A stretch of 64,000 bases of DNA. Origin: a virus. A program made the translations under genes and the position numbers. Shown here piece after piece: positions 48,309 through 56,357 of the stretch. The notes beneath the pieces are model-generated. The model was not told where the DNA came from and searched no databases. It saw only the letters and a program-made list of their open reading frames with translations. Positions within the stretch are counted from its first letter, which is position 1, and every line of letters starts with the position of its first letter. The DNA lies in IMG/VR virus record IMGVR_UViG_3300021090_000013, positions 1 to 64,000 of that record; one strand, given 5' to 3'.

Positions 48309-48336
48309 CCTCTCACCGTGGCCTCTCACCATGGCC
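48298..48336 (+). repeat. three tandem 13-bp repeats T[CT]TCACCRTRGCC
   Basis: TTTCACCGTAGCC / TCTCACCGTGGCC / TCTCACCATGGCC. Confidence 0.8.
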
Positions 48337-48380
48337 ACCACGGCAAGCCCACCAAAAACCGACCGTAACCTGTAGCTGCG

Positions 48381-48629
48381 ATGGCGTTGAGCCTGGAGCA
48401 GTTGCAGGCAGACCGAGACGCGATCAGTCGGACGATCGCCCGGGGCGAGCTGTCGGTCACCTTCTCCGACAGAACCACGATGTACAGGTCCGTTTCGGAT
48501 TTGAAGCTGGCGCGGGACATCATCGACGGAGACATCGCCCGCCTTGCCGGTCGCCCAAGGCAGACCGTCATCACCGGCCGCAAGGGCTTCACCCCGTTCG
48601 GCGGCGGAGCCGGGATCGGGAGCTTCTGA
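48381..48629 (+). CDS. head-tail joining protein, gpW-like
   Basis: IARGELSVTFSDRTTMYRSVSDL; precedes lambda portal. Confidence 0.85.
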   Translation: MALSLEQLQADRDAISRTIARGELSVTFSDRTTMYRSVSDLKLARDIIDGDIARLAGRPRQTVITGRKGFTPFGGGAGIGSF

Positions 48630-50203
48630 TGGGCGGCCAGCAGCTAGCGCTTCCGCTCGGCTCCCCGCGGGCAGCCCTCGCGCCGAAGATCCGAAACTCC
48701 ACCAACGCCGCCGTCTACGAGGCCGGGAGCTTCAACGCGCGCACGATGGGCTGGCGCGCGCCCACGGTCAGCCCGAACAGCGCGATCCTCTACAGCCTCG
48801 CGGCGCTGCGCGATCGTTCGCGACAGGCCGTCCGAAACAACGGCTTCGCCAAGGGGATCATCGACAAGCTCGTCACCAACATCGTTGGGACCGGCATCAA
48901 GCCCCTTTCGAAGGCCGCGGACGCCGATTTCCGGAAGGCCGTCCAGGCGCTCTGGCTACAGTGGACCGACTTCTCTGATGCGGACGGAGTCCTCGACTGG
49001 TACGGCCAGCAGGCGCAGGCGGTCCGGTGCTGGCTGGAGGCCGGCGAGGTCTTCGTTCGGTTGCGGCAGCGACTCCCCGAGGATGGCCTGCCCGTCCCAC
49101 TGCAGGTCCAGGTCCTCGAGCCAGAGATGTGCCCCTACACCTACAACGGCACGAGGGGCGCCAACAAGATTCGCGCGGGGATCGAGTTCGACCCGGTCGG
49201 GCGCCGCGCGGCCTACTACTTCTACGCCTCGCAGCCGGGCGCCCTGCTCGACTGGAATGTCACCGACCTCCGTCGGATTCCGGCCGAGTCTGTCATCCAC
49301 TTGTTCGACCCCTTGCGCGCCGGCCAGATCCGTGGGCTTCCCCACCTCACCCAGGCCCTGATCAAGCTCTACGAGCTGGACAAGTTCGACGACGCGGCGT
49401 TGCTGCGTCAGCAGATCGCCAATCTCTTCGCAGGATTTGTGAAGCGGCCCGCCGATGGAGGCTCCGATGTCCATCCGCTCACCGGCCTGGCCGCCGACGC
49501 CACCACAGCCGAAGGCCGTCCCGTGCTGAGCCTCGAGCCGGGGATCTTCCAGGAACTTTCGCCGGGCGAGGAGGTGGAGTTCTCGGACCCTCCCGATCCG
49601 CCCTCGACCTACCCGAGCTTCATGCGGCAGCAGCTCATGAGCATCTCGGCCGCGACGGGCGTCCCCTACGAGGTCCTGACCGGCGACATGGCGGGGCTGA
49701 ACGACCGGGTGATGAGGGTCGTCCTGCACGAGTTCCGCCGGATGATCATCTCCCGGCAGCACCACATCGTGGCCTTCCAGCTTTGCCGGACCGTCTGGGG
49801 CGCCTGGCTGGACCGCGTGGTCCTCAGCGGAGCGCTGCCGATTCCGGCCGCCGCCTACGCTGTGGACCCGCGGCCATGGTCCGCCGTCAAGTGGATGCCG
49901 CAGGGGTGGCCCTACATCCACCCGGTGCAGGACGTGACCGCGACCAAGGATGCGATTCGAGCCGGGTTCACGTCGCGCTCGGCCGCCGTCTCCGAGCAGG
50001 GCGAGGACTCCGAGGTCATCGACGCCGAGCAGGCCGCGGACAACGAGCGTGCCGACGAGCTTGGACTGATCTACGAATCAGATGGTCGGCAAGCGGCCAA
50101 GGCGCCGGCGAGCGGTCCTCCAGTGCCCATGGCCGAGCCAGACGATCCGGCCACGAACCCCGACGATCCGCCGGCGGACCCCGCCGCTGCAGCAGGAGCA
50201 TAA
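48629..50203 (+). CDS. portal protein, lambda family
   Basis: LRDRSRQAVRNN, NIVGTGI, GIEFD..GR, RAGQIRG, YEVLTGD, YIHPVQDV. Confidence 0.95.
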   Translation: MGGQQLALPLGSPRAALAPKIRNSTNAAVYEAGSFNARTMGWRAPTVSPNSAILYSLAALRDRSRQAVRNNGFAKGIIDKLVTNIVGTGIKPLSKAADADFRKAVQALWLQWTDFSDADGVLDWYGQQAQAVRCWLEAGEVFVRLRQRLPEDGLPVPLQVQVLEPEMCPYTYNGTRGANKIRAGIEFDPVGRRAAYYFYASQPGALLDWNVTDLRRIPAESVIHLFDPLRAGQIRGLPHLTQALIKLYELDKFDDAALLRQQIANLFAGFVKRPADGGSDVHPLTGLAADATTAEGRPVLSLEPGIFQELSPGEEVEFSDPPDPPSTYPSFMRQQLMSISAATGVPYEVLTGDMAGLNDRVMRVVLHEFRRMIISRQHHIVAFQLCRTVWGAWLDRVVLSGALPIPAAAYAVDPRPWSAVKWMPQGWPYIHPVQDVTATKDAIRAGFTSRSAAVSEQGEDSEVIDAEQAADNERADELGLIYESDGRQAAKAPASGPPVPMAEPDDPATNPDDPPADPAAAAGA

Positions 50204-50207
50204 CGAC

Positions 50208-51548
50208 ATGCGCGAATGGTTCAAGGTGAAGCTCCAAGCGGATCCGGCGGTCGCCGAGATCCACATCATCGACTACATCGGTGGCTGGATCGACCAGACG
50301 CTGAACGAGATGTTCGGCGAGACCGTGACGGTCACGGCCAAGGCATTCGTACAGGCGCTCGCCGAGATCCCCGAAGCGGTCAAGACGCTGCGGGTGCATG
50401 TGAACTCGCCCGGTGGCGACCTCTTCGGAGCGGTCAACATCGCGAACGCCTTGCGGGCCTGGGCCACGAAGGGCCGCAAGGTCGAGACGATCGTGGATGG
50501 GATGGCCGCGAGCGCCGCCTCCCTGGTGGTGATGGCTGGCGACCCCGTGCGGATCTCCGACAACGGCCTCCTGATGATCCACAACCCTTGGACGGTGGCC
50601 ATGGGCAACGCCGCCGAGATGCGCCAGGCGGCCGACGAACTGGACAAGTTCCGCTCCGGCAACATCATCCCGACCTACCAGTGGCACACGGAACTCAGCG
50701 CCGAAGAGATCGCGGCGTTGATGGACGCGACCACGTGGATGGACGCCAAAGAGGCGGTCGCGATGGGGTTCGCGGATGAGGTGGTCCAGGGGCTGCGGGC
50801 CGCGGCGAGCATCGACCCGCGGACCCTGGCCAAGCTCACGATCCCAGAAAAGTACGCCGACCGCGTGAAGGCCTTGCTCGCCCCGAAGGCCGAACCCACA
50901 GCAGCGGAGGCGAAAGGAGAGCCCATGAAGGTAGCGGCCGCGATGTGTTGCACGTGTTGCGAAGGTGGCCAGTGTTGCTCTTGCTGCCGCGGTGGCGGCG
51001 GCACGGGGTGCGCCTGCGAGGACACCGGCGCCGACTGCGCTTGCTGCAAGTCTGGCGAGTGCTGCGCCTGCTGCAAGGGTGACCAGTGCTGCCCCGACTG
51101 CATGTCCTCCGCGATGGCCGCGGCCTCCGCCCGGGCCGCCATCATTCCGGCCGCCGATGCCGAGATCGTGAAGGCCTGCGGAGAGGCGGGGCTTGATCTC
51201 GCCTTCGCCCAGGTCCTCATCGGCGAGCACGTCGCGTCCGACGCGCTGCCCGAGCGGATCGCCTCGGAGAAGCAGGCGCGGGCAACCGCCAAGGCGCGCG
51301 AGACCGAGATCCGCGCCCTCTGCGCGAAGGCGAAGCAGCCCGACCTGGCCGACGGCTACGTCGCCGGCGGCATGAAGATCGAGCAGGTGCGCCAGCAGCT
51401 CACCCTCATCACGGCCAAGCTCGACAAGGTCGAGATCGATGGCGGGCTCGAACCGGACCACGGCTCCCGCCGCAACCAGATCATCGACATCGCGGCGGTC
51501 TACGCCGAACGTAACAGGCTGGGCGATCCGGCCAAACGGAAGGAGTAA
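50208..51548 (+). CDS. ClpP-like head maturation protease fused to scaffold
   Basis: VNSPGGD, GMAASAAS, MIHNPW, TWMDAKEAV.MGFAD; Cys-rich linker; internal AAAGGAG-ATG at 50925. Confidence 0.92.
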   Translation: MREWFKVKLQADPAVAEIHIIDYIGGWIDQTLNEMFGETVTVTAKAFVQALAEIPEAVKTLRVHVNSPGGDLFGAVNIANALRAWATKGRKVETIVDGMAASAASLVVMAGDPVRISDNGLLMIHNPWTVAMGNAAEMRQAADELDKFRSGNIIPTYQWHTELSAEEIAALMDATTWMDAKEAVAMGFADEVVQGLRAAASIDPRTLAKLTIPEKYADRVKALLAPKAEPTAAEAKGEPMKVAAAMCCTCCEGGQCCSCCRGGGGTGCACEDTGADCACCKSGECCACCKGDQCCPDCMSSAMAAASARAAIIPAADAEIVKACGEAGLDLAFAQVLIGEHVASDALPERIASEKQARATAKARETEIRALCAKAKQPDLADGYVAGGMKIEQVRQQLTLITAKLDKVEIDGGLEPDHGSRRNQIIDIAAVYAERNRLGDPAKRKE

Positions 51549-51553
51549 GGCAC

Positions 51554-51940
51554 ATGACGGCATTGAACGAAGGGCAGTACACCGGCGAGTTCCTCATCGA
51601 GGAGCCCGCCCCGAGGATCAGCCGGGAGACCGTCACCGTGACGGTCGATACGGCCACCAAGCTGGAGCCGGGCCACGTCATGGCCCAGCTCTCGGCGGAC
51701 AGCAAGTTCGTCGAGTACGACAACTCCGGCACCGACGGCTCCGAGGAGGCAGCGGGGATCCTCTACAACGAGTGCGACAACTCGGCCGGCGAGGCCCCGG
51801 CAGACTTTACAGCGGTCGTCGTGGTCCGTCTCGCGGCCGTCCGCAAGGCCGACCTGCAGTGGAACAGCGGGGTCGACGCGAGCGGCAAGACGGCGGCGTA
51901 CGCCGATCTCAAGGCCCTGATGATCTTGGCGCTCGACTAA
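51554..51940 (+). CDS. head decoration protein (lambda D-like)
   Basis: GEFLI.E...ISRE, DGSEEAAGILY; between protease and capsid. Confidence 0.85.
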   Translation: MTALNEGQYTGEFLIEEPAPRISRETVTVTVDTATKLEPGHVMAQLSADSKFVEYDNSGTDGSEEAAGILYNECDNSAGEAPADFTAVVVVRLAAVRKADLQWNSGVDASGKTAAYADLKALMILALD

Positions 51941-51976
51941 GGGCGCCGCCCCCAAAAGGAGAAGGAGAACAAGCCA

Positions 51977-52975
51977 ATGCCGAACTTGGACGTCTTCCGG
52001 AGCGACGCTTTCAGCCTCGTCTCCCTCACCGCCGCCGTCCTGAAGGCGCCCTACAAGCCCGGCCGGATCGGGGCCTCGGGCCTCTTCCGCGAGCGCGGAA
52101 TCGCGACCACGACCGTCGTCGTGGAGGAGAAGGACGGACGGCTCTCCCTGATTCAGACCTCTCCGCGCGGCGGTCCGCCCACCACGATCGGTCAACAGAA
52201 GCGGACCGCGCGGCCCTTCATCGTGCCCCATCTCGAGCGCATGTCCACGGTGCTCGCCGACGAAGTCCAGAACGTGCGGGCCTTCGGTTCGGAGAACGCC
52301 GAGCAGGCGGTGCAGGAAATCGTGAACGAGAGGCTCGCCGATCTGCGGTCGATGCACGAGGTGACGCTCGAACACATGAGGATCGGAGCCATCAAGGGCG
52401 TGGTCATCGACGCGGACGGTTCGACGCTCTTCGATCTGTTCAGCGAGTTCGGGGTCGAGCAGCAGACGGCCACGCTCGACGTCGGCGACACCGCGGACAT
52501 CAGGAATCAGGCGGTCGCGATCCAGCGCCAGATCGAGTATGCGCTCGGCGCCGAGCCGCTCTCGAGCTTCCGCGCCTACTGCGGAGACGACTTTTTCGAC
52601 GCACTGGTTGGCGCCACCAGCGTCAAGGCCGCCCTCCAGTACCAGGAGTCCGCGCTGTTGCGTGGGAACCTGCGCCAGGGGTTCGAATTCGGCGGCATCA
52701 CCTGGGAAAACTACCGCGGCCGGATGCTCTCCACCTCGACTCCGTTCTTCCCCGACGACGAGGCGTACGTCGTGCCCGAAGGGACGAGCCTCTTCAACAC
52801 CTACTTCGCCCCGGCCGACTTCGTCGAGACGGTCAACACGCTCGGCCTGCCCATCTACGCGAAGCAGGCGCCGGACCCGGAATTCAACCGCTGGGTCAAG
52901 ATCCTGACCCAGAGCAACCCGCTGGCGCTGTGCCTGCGGCCGCGTGCGGTCGTCAAGGTCACCCTCGGGACGTAG
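51977..52975 (+). CDS. major capsid protein E family
   Basis: DAFSLVSLTAA, QNVRAFGSE, FGGITWENY, VNTLGLP.Y, QSNPL..C.RP. Confidence 0.95.
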   Translation: MPNLDVFRSDAFSLVSLTAAVLKAPYKPGRIGASGLFRERGIATTTVVVEEKDGRLSLIQTSPRGGPPTTIGQQKRTARPFIVPHLERMSTVLADEVQNVRAFGSENAEQAVQEIVNERLADLRSMHEVTLEHMRIGAIKGVVIDADGSTLFDLFSEFGVEQQTATLDVGDTADIRNQAVAIQRQIEYALGAEPLSSFRAYCGDDFFDALVGATSVKAALQYQESALLRGNLRQGFEFGGITWENYRGRMLSTSTPFFPDDEAYVVPEGTSLFNTYFAPADFVETVNTLGLPIYAKQAPDPEFNRWVKILTQSNPLALCLRPRAVVKVTLGT

Positions 52976-52982
52976 GCCCACC

Positions 52983-53309
52983 GTGGGCGACCTGAGGCCG
53001 GAGTTCGAAGCCGCGTCGGCTCCATTCGGGGTCGACGCGGTGGTGACTCCGCCCGGCGGATCCCCGGTGGAGACGAGAGTCATCTGGCTACCGCCGATCA
53101 CCGTGGAGCACCCGACCGGCACGGAGCTGCGCCGTGCAGAGCCCAAACGCGTTCTTGCGCTTCCCCTCGACGGCCTCGGCGAGGTGCCGCGCGGGACGAT
53201 CGTGACGGCCCCGGAGTATGAAGGGGCCGAAGCGAGCGACTGGAAGATCGACGAAGCCGAGCGCGTCGACTTCGACCACTACCGGGCCACAGTCTTGCCG
53301 GCGGGGTAG
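52983..53309 (+). CDS. head-tail joining protein (FII-like)
   Basis: Synteny; FGVDAVVTPPGG, RGTIV pattern. Confidence 0.65.
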   Translation: MGDLRPEFEAASAPFGVDAVVTPPGGSPVETRVIWLPPITVEHPTGTELRRAEPKRVLALPLDGLGEVPRGTIVTAPEYEGAEASDWKIDEAERVDFDHYRATVLPAG

Positions 53310-53312
53310 GAC

Positions 53313-53762
53313 ATGCCCAGTACACGCGAAGCGGCGATCAGCGAGCTGAGGGACCGGCTTGAGGCCATCGCCCAAGCCAACGGCTTCGGCACCGACGCCG
53401 GGGCGCTGATCTTCCTCGGCGAGTCCCCGACCCTGGGGCCCGACGATCCGACCGCGGCGATCGCCATCGACGTCCAGGAGGACATCCCCAGCTTTCAGGG
53501 CGAGCACGTAGTAGTCACCGTCCCCGTCGACGTGCAGGCCCTGGTGAAGGCCGACGCTGACGACCCCTGGATGACGGTCGAGGCCATCGTCACGGACATC
53601 AAGACCGCCGTCGAGACCGATCGCGACCTGGGCGGCACCTTGATCGCTCGCGGCCTCATGCGGGGGACCGTGCGCCCGCTCGATCGCGAGCCCGGCAGCC
53701 AGTACGTGGGGGCCGCGGTGCAGTACCGGCTCCTCATGAAAGAGAGCTGGGGGAGCCCGTAA
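53313..53762 (+). CDS. tail terminator (U-like)
   Basis: STRE..I...RL.AI...NGF.TDAG pattern; synteny. Confidence 0.7.
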   Translation: MPSTREAAISELRDRLEAIAQANGFGTDAGALIFLGESPTLGPDDPTAAIAIDVQEDIPSFQGEHVVVTVPVDVQALVKADADDPWMTVEAIVTDIKTAVETDRDLGGTLIARGLMRGTVRPLDREPGSQYVGAAVQYRLLMKESWGSP

Positions 53763-54299
53763 ATGGTCACCATCCGCCTCGACAACGCAGACATCAAGGC
53801 TGGGCTCGCGTCCATGCGCGCGAAGTTTCCCCAGGCTGTCCGGCGTGCGCTCAAGCGCGCCGGCACCAGCGGCCGGGCCGAAATGGCGAGAGTGATCGCC
53901 GCGGACACCGGGCTCCCATCCACTCGCGTGAAGAGGGAGATCACCGTCAGGAGCGACGACGTCTCGATGGCGCTGACGACGGCGGGCTTCCGGATTCCGC
54001 TACTCGACTTCCAAGCGCGGGGGCCGGAGCCGTCCCGTGGGCGCGGCCGGGGCGTGTCGTATCGGGCCAAGTCCGGCCGCGTCCAGCTCCCGCACGCGTT
54101 CATCGCGACGATGGCCAGCGGCCACCGGGGAGTGTTCCAGCGGTCGGAGCTTTCGCTCTCCCACTCGTCCATCAGAGAACTGAAGGGGCCATCCATCGCG
54201 CACGTCTTCGAGGTCCTCGCCCCGCAAGGAATCGCAGCCGCCAGCGAGTCGTTCATGAAGAACGTCAAGAGCGAAATCAAATTCGCCATGACCAGGTAA
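53763..54299 (+). CDS. minor tail protein Z-like
   Basis: Basic protein; RRALKR, AFIATMASGHRGVFQR, I.EL.GPS. Confidence 0.85.
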   Translation: MVTIRLDNADIKAGLASMRAKFPQAVRRALKRAGTSGRAEMARVIAADTGLPSTRVKREITVRSDDVSMALTTAGFRIPLLDFQARGPEPSRGRGRGVSYRAKSGRVQLPHAFIATMASGHRGVFQRSELSLSHSSIRELKGPSIAHVFEVLAPQGIAAASESFMKNVKSEIKFAMTR

Positions 54300-54310
54300 G
54301 GAGGAAGCCC

Positions 54311-54919
54311 GTGCCTCAACCTTTCGAGATCGTTGCTCAGCCCTTCACTTTGTGGGTGGGCGACGTCGGCGACGTCTTCCCCACGATCGACGAGGATCCC
54401 GGCGCGGGGTGGACCAAGATCGGAACCTCCGGCGACCTCAACTACACCGAGGATGGCGTGACGATCACGCACAACCAGACGGTGGAGAAGTTCCGCGCCC
54501 TCGGCAGCACCGGTCCGCGCAAGGCGTTCCGCACGGAAGAGGAGCTGCACATCACCCTCTCTGTCGCTGACGTCTCGCTCGAGCAGTACGCCCAGGCCCT
54601 GAACGACAACACCGTCACCACCGAGCCGCCAGACACCGGGACGGCGGGTTCCAAGAAGCTCGGCCTCTCCCGCGGCCTGAGCGTGGCGCAGCATGCGCTC
54701 CTCATCCGCGGCGCCGCTGCGTCTCCCTACGGCGAGGGGTGGGTCGCGCAGTACGAGGTCCCGGTCGTCGTCCAGGTCGGTGAGCCAGAGGTCGTCTACG
54801 TCAAGGGCGAGCCCGCCGCGCTGGCGCTGGAGTTCGAGGCGCTCGAGGACCCGGACGCCGTGAGCGATGACGAGCGCTTCGGCCGCCTGATCGTGCAGAA
54901 CACCGAGCCCGGGACGTAG
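54311..54919 (+). CDS. major tail tube protein (module 2)
   Basis: AAGGAGG RBS; W..IG...YTEDGVTI, acidic; synteny. Confidence 0.8.
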   Translation: MPQPFEIVAQPFTLWVGDVGDVFPTIDEDPGAGWTKIGTSGDLNYTEDGVTITHNQTVEKFRALGSTGPRKAFRTEEELHITLSVADVSLEQYAQALNDNTVTTEPPDTGTAGSKKLGLSRGLSVAQHALLIRGAAASPYGEGWVAQYEVPVVVQVGEPEVVYVKGEPAALALEFEALEDPDAVSDDERFGRLIVQNTEPGT

Positions 54920-55092
54920 GTGGGGGGCTTGCCCGGCGATCAGGTGGACGCGTTGCGTCGCGAGATCGCGTCGCACAAGTCCGCGATCCGCTGGCACCGG
55001 TCGGCCCTCCAACGTGCCGCCGAAGCGCTGGCCAGGCTCCAGCTCAGCGGCACCGGCATCAAACCAGTCTTCAAAGGCGAAGGGAAAACCCC

Positions 55093-55476
55093 ATGGCCAA
55101 TCTCCTCAACCTCGACACCCTGACCGAACGGAACACCGTCACGGTCGACGGCGTGCCATACGACCTCATCAATCCAGGCCAACTCTCGATCCTGGACCAA
55201 CACCGCGTTTTGAAGTGGGGAGCACGCGTCCAGGAGCTCCACGCAACCGTGGAGAACCTCTCCGATGCGGCGATCACGGAGATGGGGGAACTCCTGGACC
55301 GCTTCTGCCGGCTCGTGCTGCCGGCGCCTCCAGAGGTCCACGACAGGGTCTCCGACAACCAACGGCTGAAGCTGATGTCGGTTTTTACCGAACTCCTGCG
55401 GGGGGAGACTCCGGCGCCCGCGGGGGCAAGCGCCGCGCCGGTCGCCGACGAGACGTCGACTGGGGAGAGCAAATAG
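55093..55476 (+). CDS. tail assembly chaperone (module 2)
   Basis: LNLDTL...VTVDGVPY; position before tape measure. Confidence 0.75.
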   Translation: MANLLNLDTLTERNTVTVDGVPYDLINPGQLSILDQHRVLKWGARVQELHATVENLSDAAITEMGELLDRFCRLVLPAPPEVHDRVSDNQRLKLMSVFTELLRGETPAPAGASAAPVADETSTGESK

Positions 55477-55748
55477 CGCGCCTGGTGCGCTTCTACGGGG
55501 GAAATCCGATGACCTGGCTGGCCGAGACACCGACGTGCGTGGTCAACGCGCACCTTGCGATGCTCGGCCGGCTCACGGCCGAGGACCGACTTGCCGCCGC
55601 CATGGCCTCCGGCGCGGGAAGGTTCATGAAGCCGGCGCCCATCCGCAGCCAGATCGCAGCATGGAACAGGGCCGCGCAACGCGGCGACGGCAGCAAGGGC
55701 GGCTCTGGCGTCCCCCGGGGCACGGGCATCAAGGTCGTGAAGCGGTGA
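55380..55748 (+). CDS. tail assembly chaperone -1 frameshift extension
   Basis: Open -1 frame (LVRFYGGNP..W); candidate slip site G GTT TTT at 55380-55386, or the G-run near 55400. Confidence 0.55.
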   Translation, partial: GFYRTPAGGDSGARGGKRRAGRRRDVDWGEQIARLVRFYGGNPMTWLAETPTCVVNAHLAMLGRLTAEDRLAAAMASGAGRFMKPAPIRSQIAAWNRAAQRGDGSKGGSGVPRGTGIKVVKR

Positions 55749-56356
55749 AGGTCTGCAAGAAACGCGGCCATCAATATTCCGCAGAGCGCAGGCAGTGTCC
55801 TGTTTGCCGGCTACTTTCTCGGCGCACCTCAGAAGCCGGTAGGCGCGAGCAGATCCGCGTCCAGAAACGGACATGGGATGCCAATCGTGAGAAAAGGAAA
55901 GCCTCTGCTCGCAGGAATTACCTCTCCCATCGCGAGGCTTGGGCGGAAAGGACTCGCAACCGGAGATCGGCCAACCTGGAAGCTTATCTGGCAAATTGCC
56001 GCTCCTATCAACAAGCCCATCGAGAACGCCACAACGAGCACGTGGCCAAATACCAGAAGGCCCATCCTGAAAAGCACGCCGAGCGCGAGGCGCGACGGCG
56101 CGCCCGAAAGCGCGCCTCGTTGATCGAACCATTCTCGTGGGTCGAGTGGTGCGCAGTGGTTGACTTCTACGGTGGGCTTTGTGCCTACTGCGCCCAACGT
56201 CCGTGGGAGCACAAAGAGCACGTCGTGCCGCTAGCTCGTGGCGGTGCGCATGCCCTCTGGAACCTCGTCCCATCATGCAAGCGTTGCAACTACCGAAAAC
56301 ACACTAAGACCTGGGCGCCGCTCAAGCGCCATCCAGCGATGGCGGAGGCTGCGTAA
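55745..56356 (+). CDS. HNH endonuclease
   Basis: CAYC...EHVVPLARGGAH...NLVPSCKRCN..K; lower GC. Confidence 0.88.
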   Translation: MKVCKKRGHQYSAERRQCPVCRLLSRRTSEAGRREQIRVQKRTWDANREKRKASARRNYLSHREAWAERTRNRRSANLEAYLANCRSYQQAHRERHNEHVAKYQKAHPEKHAEREARRRARKRASLIEPFSWVEWCAVVDFYGGLCAYCAQRPWEHKEHVVPLARGGAHALWNLVPSCKRCNYRKHTKTWAPLKRHPAMAEAA

Positions 56357-56357
56357 G

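Noticed and set aside
54920-55123. Small ORF after tail tube 2
   Set aside because: No RBS or motif and overlaps the chaperone start; cannot be supported as a gene
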